Shown here: in pieces, positions 49,626-64,000 of the stretch
How the letters are laid out: the number at the start of each line of letters is the position of its first letter
How positions within the stretch are numbered: position 1 is the first letter of the stretch
Assembly (NCBI RefSeq): GCF_009914755.1
Contig: NC_060925.1
Length of the DNA stretch: 64,000 nucleotides
Strand: one strand, 5' to 3'
Source: the human T2T-CHM13v2.0 reference genome, Homo sapiens
Made by a program: the position numbers and the translations under genes
Notes under the pieces: model-generated
What the model saw: only the letters and a program-made list of their open reading frames with translations
Told to the model about the DNA's origin: nothing
The model's database searches: none

Positions 49626-52345
49626 TTACAGAATAACTGAATCTTGACATCCAAGAATCTAGTATAATTATTTGTACATAGTAGGTCCTCGATGTACGGG
49701 CTGAATGAAAGTGTTAATTCCCTATGCTTTTACACGAATGTAGTCCACATCACCTTTCATCTGGTCTATTACAACAGCCTAACTGCTCTCCTTCACTTCA
49801 GTCTCCATCCAGTCCCTCTTCATCCTGCTCTTGGTGATGACACTACCCTCTTCAAAACCCTTGGAGGTCTCTCTGCTGCATTCATGATAAAGTCCAAACT
49901 CCATATCCTGGTATTCAAGGTATAATATACCTTATTTTAAAGTTTCCTCATTGTACCCTTTCCTGCTGCCTCTATACACCCGCTGCCCCAACTCCTTACA
50001 CAAAGCGATGCTAGTCCACTACCTCCAGGAAGCCTTTCCTGGCTGTTAGCCCACACAGACCTTCCTCTAAAATAGCAATGCTTAGCAGGCCTCTTCCTTG
50101 GCTATTCTCCTAAAAGGCCTCACTTGATTCAGCTTTTTCTGGTCTAGGCCCACAGGAGCTCTTCCTCCCCTGTCTCCTCTCAACTTGGCTGGGGGCTCAG
50201 CCAGTAATGGGATGGTGGTATGTACAGCAGTGGTAGGGGAGGGAGAAGGGGAAAGGGAGATTCAGTAAACTGTCAATTGTTTTAGGGGGAAGAGGCCACA
50301 CGGGAAGAAGTTCCTCCAGAGCCTTACCCCTTTTCCCTCCAACCTGCTCCCCTCTAGTTAGCCATCTCTTCTTGCAGCCACAGGAATTCTCATCCCCAGT
50401 TACCCACAAACTCCTCTCTTCCTTTCTCCATTCTTCTTAAGCCGGGATTTTCCTTGCTTCTTTCTAGCCTGCACCTTTAATGCTGCTGCTTCCCAACCTG
50501 GGCCTCCGCACCCAGTCATCTTCCTTTTTAGCCAGTCTTAGCATCCCAGAAGCTCCAGGCGGAAAAGCCAGACCCTCTCTGCCTTCTTCCCCATGCCCTA
50601 GGACTTTTCTGAGCTCCCTGCTCAGCTCTACGGAGCCTTTCCTCCTGTTCCCCATGGGTCGGCCTGCCCCTTGTCTTCTCAGCCGCTGGCTGGCCTGGGG
50701 CCTCCACTGTCCCCTCCGCACACCGGCCGACTTCTAAAAGCCTCTTCCACCACCACTATGCAGGACACTCAGGCCTCATGGTACTGGGCTCCACTCCCAC
50801 AGCCAAGGGCCTCCCCGACCACCCTCCAGCTTATCCCGGAGCTTCAGTCCCCCCAAACTCCAGGGCCTTTTCCCCACACCCCCTCCTCATGGCATAACTC
50901 AAACTCCGCGCCCTGCAACCTCGAGTCCTCAAAGTCCTCACTCCTGTCCTGACCAGGGCCTTCCTCCTGCAAAGACGCCACGGCCACCCGCAAGGCCTCC
51001 TGGTGGAACCTCCCCCGCGCCGCTTCCAGGCCCGGGGCCTGCTCTCCTGCCCCCCTCCCCAGCAGGCCTCGGCCGGGCCTGCCACCTCTTCGCCCAACTC
51101 CAACCCCGGCCTCCCGACCCCACCCTCACAGAGCCAGCAGCCTCTCAGGCCCGAGGCCTCCCCTGTCCCCAGCGCGGCTAGGCCTGCTTGGCAGAGCCTC
51201 ACTTTCCCCTCTTTCACTTGCCCCACGTCGGACCCAAGTTTCCCTCGTCAGCGGCCAGGCCGCGGCCAGCGGTCCCCAACCCACAGCCCCGCCTCCCAGC
51301 CCAACTGGCCGGTTCGCCCTCCCCGGCCGTTCATCCCGGCGCCCCAGGCCGCCCTCCATCCAGGCCCGGCCCTTTGGTCCCGGCCGCCTTCAGGCCTGGG
51401 GCCCCCGTTCACTCCCATTCAGCCCAAGGCCTCTTGGCGGCGCCGCGCCCCCTGCCACGGCAGCCCGGCAGTCCGGGATCCCCGGGCCGTCGCCCCGCTT
51501 GGGGCCTCCTTGGCCCTTCCCGCCTGTCCGTCATTCGAGCCTCCCTCGCTTGTTTAAGCCGCTCCGGGCCCCCCTCCACTCGCTCTCCGGTCCCTCCTCG
51601 CCGCTCGAGCCGATCCGAGTGGCCTCCGGCGCTCCCTGTCCTGCGGGTCGCACGGTCGCTCGGTCGCTTAGTCAGTTTGGCACCCGAGACCCCGGTTGTC
51701 GGTTCGCTCCCGTCAGCCCTGGGCCGTCAGACAGGCCGCGGCGCCCCGACCCTTTCGTTCGGCCTCTCCCCCTGCCCCATTCCCTCGCTCTCCAATCTGC
51801 TGTCCTCCCCTCCGCCCATCGGCTTGGCCTCCGGAATCTCGACCCCCGTGGCGTGTCAGGCAGATGCTGGAGCCCCGGGGCCATCAGTCAGGTTCGGTGG
51901 CCCCGGGCCTGGCCTGGCCTTGCCTTAGGCCGGGCCTCCTAACCTCGGCCCCTGCCCTAGGGCAGCCGGGCCATCGCTGCCCACCGGTTCGACATCCGAG
52001 ACTCTCCTGCCCGGCCCAGCCGAGTGTCAGTTCGCGCGGCCCACAGCCGCAATCCAGCCTCAGTCGCCCGGGCCCAGCCTGCTTCGCTCCAGACCGGGCC
52101 TCCTGGCCTCGCCCCCCGCGCCCCCGAGCCAGGCCGCGGTGCGGGTCAGCCTGCCCATTTAGGTCTCCGTCTTTACTCTGTCCAGCCCTGTCAGTCACAA
52201 AATTCATTCTCCGATCCTACGAGCTGGCTTTCAGCGCCCCAGGCTGGGCCTTGCCCCGGGCCTCCCGGCCTCGCCCCCCGCGCCCCCCGGCCGCTGGGCC
52301 GCCCCTTGCTCTTAGCCAGAGGTAGCCCCTCACCCCGCGACTTAC

Positions 52346-52544
52346 CCCACACCCCGCTCTCCAGAACCCCCATATGGGCGCTCACCGCCCGCCCGCACAG
52401 CTCGAACAGGGCGGGGGGAGCGTTGGGGCCCGAGGCCGAGCTCTTCGCTGGCGCCGCCTCCCGGGACGTGGCCTCCATGGTCGTTGCCGCCGCTACCTCA
52501 CAGAACCAGCAACTCCGGGCGCGCCAGGCCTCGGGCGCCGCCAT
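52346..52544 (-). CDS. LRRC41: LRRC41 exon 1, coding part ([11 protein letters not shown]...[21 protein letters not shown])
   Basis: aagATGg start; donor GTAAG (cttac at 52341-52345); ORF 52191..52544. Confidence 0.93.
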
Positions 52545-52988
52545 CTTGGGGAGGTGCGCGAGCCCGAGAGTGTCGCCCGCGGACCGCCATCTTGAAAAGG
52601 TCAGCAGTTAGGACGGCTCCATAAGCGATATGGGGAAGAATGTGAATTATTCTAAAGAAATTTCGAAGAAATTAGCACACTTTCCAAGTCTCTTAGGAGC
52701 TACTATTTTAGATAAACTCCTAGATCAATTATACTTGGGTGTGGTATGACTAAGGGGATGTTTCTTAGCAAAGCCTCCTCGGGTGCAAACATCAGCTACC
52801 CCTAACCTCTGCCTGCGGCTGGTAGTACATGCCAATCTGAGCATGTGTTCGCGACCACGATGAGTGTGCCGCACTTCCGGCCAGATCGCCGGATTTCCGC
52901 TGAGTGACCCTTACAAGTCCTTCTTGATCCTGAACTGGGTTAGGTGCCGCTGTTGCTGCTCGTGTTGAATCTAGAACCGTAGCCAGAC
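52545..52988. promoter_or_regulatory. Bidirectional LRRC41/UQCRH promoter and 5'UTRs: YY1 motifs (52537-52548, 52583-52594), CCAAT (52832-52836), ETS/GABP CACTTCCGG (52872-52880)
   Basis: Divergent start codons 444 nt apart; motifs read directly; GABP and YY1 sites are typical of bidirectional and respiratory-gene promoters. Confidence 0.85.
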
Positions 52989-53042
52989 ATGGGACTGGAG
53001 GACGAGCAAAAGATGCTTACCGAATCCGGAGATCCTGAGGAG
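52989..53042 (+). CDS. UQCRH: UQCRH exon 1, coding part (MGLEDEQKMLTESGDPEE); cytochrome bc1 hinge protein
   Basis: gacATGg start; GAG|gtaagg; 54 nt. Confidence 0.96.
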
Positions 53043-53567
53043 GTAAGGCAAGGCGATCCACTCGGCCCTCTTCTCTGCCCTGAAGCCCAGGACCTAGCCC
53101 GCCAAAACACGCACGGGGCCCTCTTAGCCCCCAGTTTACCCTCTAGGGTTTGCATAGTCGGGAGCTCTAGTTCCCTCGACCTTTCCCCAGAATTCGTCCG
53201 GTGACTTTGGACAGATAGATGACTAGTTTTTCTCTGGGCCTCGGCTTCTGCATTCTGTGAATGTAGTGAAGGTTTGAGAGCGAAAATGTTTTGTGGACTA
53301 AAGTCTTGTAAAAATATGACCTATGTTTGCAGTCAGTCAGATGTTCTGAAGCCCGCGTTTCACAGATTTGGGGAGCAAACAGACCGCCTTGCCCCAGCTC
53401 AGGTTAGGAATCCCTACCACATCTTCTATGGAGGTTCGGAAGACCTGGCCTTGTGTTCCTTTTCTTTGAGGAAGGTGTGTGTCTTTGGGGACAATGAAAG
53501 AATGTACGATGTGATTCTGTGATGGAAGAGGGAGCTCTTTCCCAGAGAAAGAGTGCTGCTATAATTA

Positions 53568-56640
<3,073 letters not shown>

Positions 56641-57344
56641 TTGGAGTTCTGAAAACATGATTCCTGAGCTAGTTCTTTTTATTTCCCTAGATACCTTTTC
56701 TTTCCTTGCCCCCAAATGTGGGTATCTGCATGCACAGGCAGGCAAACACCTTATTTCTGAGGTCAGATTTTACTATATCCCAAATTTAGGCCTAAACTGT
56801 TGCTCCCATGGGCAGTTTTTTACACTACTATCCTTGAAGAAGAAGGAAACTAAGTTTGAGGTTGTGCATTTGAATCAGAAGTGAATAGGTGGGGTCTGTT
56901 CTGTATTTCCAAGCTCATGAGTGGAGTTGTGCACTTTTATTTGATATACTTAGTCTACTAGGGGTTCTGGGAGTTCAGCAAGCCAAAAAGCAGTGACTAA
57001 CCATCCTTAGTTAAGCTCTGACCAAACAAGGGTTTTTAGGTTTAGCAGTTTTCATATTCCTAATTCAAGTTCACAGTCTAGAAAAAAATGGGTTTTCCTC
57101 CTAACTTGGTTTGGGATGTAAGGACTAAATTTTGCTATTTGTAGCAATACTGGGACAAATACTTTAGATTATGTAGGCCCCATGTGAACATCTGGCAGCT
57201 TGAATCTGTATCAGAAAATGTCTAATTACTGTTTATTATCTCTAAACTGGGATTACCTCCTTAAGGGACTGTTGTGATTAATTAAATCATAAGAGATATG
57301 AAGGTGCTTTATAAACTGGAGAGTATTAAGCACACTTAGGTTCT

Positions 57345-58222
<878 letters not shown>

Positions 58223-58317
58223 GTGTCAGTGTCTATCGTCAGTAATTACATCAGTATGATCAGGAATAAATATGTCATAAAATTGCTGCTGACATTAATT
58301 TTGTTTTCCTTTTGTAG

Positions 58318-58344
58318 GAGGAAGAGGAAGAGGAGGAATTAGTG
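58318..58344 (+). CDS. UQCRH: UQCRH exon 2, microexon (EEEEEEELV)
   Basis: ttgtag|GAGGAA ... GTG|gtaaga; 27 nt; completes the acidic tract. Confidence 0.94.
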
Positions 58345-58631
58345 GTAAGAACTGTCTCAGGTTTGGAAACATCTCAGTAAAAGCAGGGTTTGAGCTTCAT
58401 GAAATTCTAAGGGCATTTTAAGGAGTTTTTACTTGATACCTTGTAGATAATGGGGGTGGAATAAGCTTTGATACTTCCTGTGCAGTGGAGAGTTTAGGGT
58501 GTGAGCCTTGGAAGCTGAGTCTGTTCTGGGTTTGGGGCTTCTTCAGTTGTGGTACCAGGGAGCAGATGGCATCTTGAGGGCCTGGCACTCAATCATCTGC
58601 TATTTGTGGTTTAATAAAGAACTTTGGGCTA

Positions 58632-58958
<327 letters not shown>

Positions 58959-59371
58959 CTAGTTGGGCAGCTGGGGTGCATAGGCCTGGTTCTCAGACAA
59001 GGGGATTTGAAGTTTCAGACGTGTCATATTCCAAAATGCTGTGTTAACAAGTAAGGCCTCCTATAGATCTACTTCAAGTTTGGCCAGGTTTCCTTTACCA
59101 CCTTGTTTTTCAGATAGGACTGAGGCTTTCAGTGCATACTGGCAACCTTGGAAGGCAGGAATGTGAAACTTTTCCCTACTACTTAGCATCAGAATTGAAT
59201 GGGAGACCGCATTCTGCCATTTCTGGCGGCAGTGTGGCTCTGCCAGCTGGCCTTCTGCACGGTAATTCAGAGGCAGCACCTTGGTTTGGTGGTTGTGTTA
59301 ATCAAAGCATATGTGTTTGGTGGGTCTCTGCTAAAAATGCCCATTTTGTTTTTTTTCTGTTTCTACATCAG

Positions 59372-59533
59372 GATCCCCTAACAACAGTGAGAGAGCAATG
59401 CGAGCAGTTGGAGAAATGTGTAAAGGCCCGGGAGCGGCTAGAGCTCTGTGATGAGCGTGTATCCTCTCGATCACATACAGAAGAGGATTGCACGGAGGAG
59501 CTCTTTGACTTCTTGCATGCGAGGGACCATTGC
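59372..59533 (+). CDS. UQCRH: UQCRH exon 3 ([54 protein letters not shown]); final exon is beyond the window
   Basis: catcag|GATCCC ... TGC|gtaagt; 162 nt; hinge-protein cysteine pattern. Confidence 0.97.
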
Positions 59534-60006
59534 GTAAGTCAGTGGGAAGTCAGGAAGGGGAAAGGTTGCAATGGTCAGGGAAGACTTGGTGCCAACAATC
59601 TTTCCATGCTAGGGAAAGGCCCATCAGTTACTCTGGGCCCAATATATGTGACATATGGTGCGCTGAGCATTTTATGTAAATAACCTATTCTATTTTATTG
59701 AGAGGGTCTCACTATGTTGTCCAGGCTGAAGTACAGCGGCATGATCGTAGCTCAGTGCCAACCTTGAACTCCTGGGCCTAAGTGATCCTGCCTTGGCCTC
59801 CCAAGTAGCTGGGACTACAAGTGCATGCCACCATGAGAGGCTAATTTTTTATTTTTTAATTTTTTCTAGTGACGGGGCCTTGTTATGTTGCCCAGGCTGG
59901 TCTCAAACTCCTGGGCTCAAGCAATCCTTCCTTCCATCTCGGCCCTCTGAAGTGCTGGGATTATAGGCATGAGCCATTGTGCCTGGCCTATAAATAATCT
60001 TGCCTA

Positions 60007-60316
60007 GGGCGCGGTGGCTCATGCCTGTAATCCCAGCACTTTGGGAGGCCGAGGCGGGTGGATCATGAGGTCAGGAGATCGAGACCATCCTGGCTAACAA
60101 GGTGAAACCCCGTCTCTACTAAAAATACAAAAAATTAGCTGGGCGCGGTGGCGGGCGCCTGTAGTCCCAGCTACTCGGGAGGCTGAGGCAGGAGAATGGC
60201 GTGAACCCGGGGAAGCGGAGCTTGCAGTGAGCCGAGATTGCGCCACTGCAGTCCGCAGTCTGGCCTGGGCGACAGAGCGAGACTCCATCTCAAAAAAAAA
60301 AAAAAAAAATAATAAT
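60007..60316 (+). mobile_element. AluYb8-type young Alu
   Basis: Diagnostic 7-nt duplication ccactgcagtccgcagtctggcc, plus ggctaacaaggtg and gggaagcggag; TSD aataatcttgccta (59993-60006, 60317-60330). Confidence 0.88.
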
Positions 60317-60537
60317 AATAATCTTGCCTAATCCTTACTACTTCCACTGGAGATAGGTATCATTATCCCATTTCACAGATAGAAACTGAGGCTCAGAGAA
60401 AAAAACATAAACATCCCAACATGCACCACTAAACAGTGGGGAAGCTGGATTTTGTACTTTTCAATAACAGACTGTTCTTTAAAAATAATTTGTATTGGCC
60501 GGGCGCGGTGGCTCACGCCTGTAATCCCAGCACTTTG

Positions 60538-60567
60538 GGAGGCGGAGGCGGAGGCGGAGGCGGAGGC
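60538..60567 (+). repeat. (GGAGGC)5 inside an Alu left arm
   Basis: Read directly. Confidence 0.95.
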
Positions 60568-60648
60568 GGGCGGATCACGAGGTCAGGAGATTGAGACCAT
60601 CTTGGCTAACACAGCGAAACCCGTCCCTACTAAAGTACAAAAAATTAG

Positions 60649-61050
<402 letters not shown>

Positions 61051-61271
61051 TAGCCAAGATGGTCTCAGTCTCCTGACCCCTGTGATCCACCTGCCTCAGC
61101 CTTCCAAAGTTCTGGGATTACAGGTGTGAACCACTGCACCCAGCCTTTTTTTTTTTTTTTGAGATAAGGTCTTGCTTGCTCTGTCACCCAGGCTGGAGTG
61201 CAGTGGCACAATTATGGCACACTACAGCCTCTACCTCCTGGTTCAAACAATCCTTCTGCCTTAGCCTCTGA

Positions 61272-61631
<360 letters not shown>

Positions 61632-62626
61632 TAATTTTTGTATTTTTTGTAGAGATGGGATTTTGCCGTGTTGCCCAGGCTGGTCTAGAACTCCTGGGTT
61701 CACACATGCCACTCATCTCAGCTTCCCAGAGTGTTGGGATTACAGGTGTGAGATACCATGCCTGGCCTCAAGGGGTTGTTTTTTAAAAGTAAACTCAGGC
61801 AGGGCATAGTGGCTGACGCTTATGATCCTAGCACTTTTGGAAGACCAAGGCAGGAGGACCCCTTGACCCCAGGAGTTTAAGACCAGCCTGGGCAAGATAG
61901 GGGAACCCTGTCTCTACTTTTAAAAAATCAAAATTAAAAAAATAAAAATAAACTTCTGCTTGACTCTTACATATAACACAGTAAGGTATTTTACATAAAT
62001 TATACATAAGCAAAGTTTGATGTGGTTGCTTCTATTAAAACTAATTGGATGGCCAGTAAACGTATGAAAAGATGTTCAACATCATTAGCCACCAGGGATA
62101 CTACCATGAGATAACACTTTATACCAACTGCCCACTAGGATGGCTATAATAAAGAAGATAACGAGTGTTGACGACAATGTGGAAAAGTTGGAAACCTCAT
62201 ACGCTGTCAGTAAAAGTGTAAATTGGTACAGCCACTGTGGAAAACATCTGGCAGTTCCTCAAAAGGCTAAATATACAGTTAATATATGACACAGCAATTA
62301 CACTCGAAGATATATACCCAAGAGAAATGAAAACATATGTTCACATAAAAACTTGTACACAAATGTTCATAGAAGCATTATTTATACTACCCAAAAAGTG
62401 GAAACAACATAAGTGTCCATCAGCTAGGCTGGGCACTGTGGCTCATGCTTGTAATCGCAGAACTTTGCGAGGTCAAGGCAGGCAGATCACCTGAGCCCAG
62501 GAATTTGAGACCAGCCTGGGCAACATGGTAAAACCCTGTCTTTACAAAAAATATATATATAAAAGCCGGGCGCGGTGGCTCACGCCTGTAATCCCAGCCC
62601 TTTGGGAGGCGGAGGCGGGTGGATCA

Positions 62627-63010
<384 letters not shown>

Positions 63011-63377
63011 TCACGCCACTGCACTCCAGCCTGGGTGACAGACTGAGACCCTGTCTCAAAAAAAAAAAAACAAGTTCTTTTCTCAAAAATTAAACATAGA
63101 ATTATGTACTATATGATCTAGCAATTTCACTTCTAGGTATATACCCAGAAGTATTGAGAGTAGGCTTAAACAGATATTTCCACATTCATATTCACAATAG
63201 CCAAAAGGTAGAAACAACCCAATTTTCCATCCATAGATGCAAAGATTTTTTTAAAATGTGCTTTGTATATACAATGGGATATTATTCAGCCTTAAAAGAG
63301 AAGGGGGCCGGGGCACGGTGGCTCATGCCTGTAATCCCAACACTTTGGGAGGCCAAGGCAGGCGGATCACAAGGTCA

Positions 63378-63955
<578 letters not shown>

Positions 63956-64000
63956 TTAAACTAAGTGTCAAGGAAGACAAACATTGTATTGTTCCACTTT

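Larger units (their letters stand above)
50950..53200. promoter_or_regulatory. CpG island over LRRC41 exon 1/intron 1 and UQCRH exon 1
   Basis: Very high GC and CpG density, free of Alus; boundaries approximate. Confidence 0.9.

Noticed and set aside
51003-52611. Long Pro/Arg/Ala-rich ORFs (184-246 aa) on +
   Set aside because: Stop-codon depletion in a CpG island; overlapping in all frames, mostly non-ATG starts
59132-59683. 183-aa ORF
   Set aside because: UQCRH exon 3 plus open intronic flanks

Overview
Human genomic DNA (RAD54L-LRRC41-UQCRH locus, chr1p34, recognised from the encoded proteins), very Alu-rich. It holds RAD54L coding exons 4-18 on + (15 exons, 2034 nt, 7904-27503; exons 1-3 lie upstream) and the complete 10-exon LRRC41/MUF1 CDS on - (52544 to 28086, 2439 nt = 812 aa + stop). 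The two genes converge and their 3' ends overlap. UQCRH exons 1-3 lie on + (52989-59533; the last exon is downstream), head-to-head with LRRC41 across a 444-nt bidirectional CpG-island promoter. All 28 exons were placed by hand on GT/AG boundaries and splice in frame. Nearly all other ORFs in the track are Alu-derived, antisense or GC-rich artefacts. I found no new multi-gene system. The best unexplained signals are: a 33-nt tailless U2 snRNA retrocopy with a perfect 16-nt TSD; an Alu-interrupted H3-3A (H3F3A) 3'UTR retrocopy; a RAD54L exon 13/14 junction that reconstitutes a consensus 5' splice site (recursive-splicing candidate); a strong-Kozak overlapping uORF built from a duplicated YY1 motif at the LRRC41 start; overlapping mirror-image poly(A) signals; a young AluYb8; and fused inverted-Alu hairpins. 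Repeat boundaries and subfamily names are by eye and approximate.
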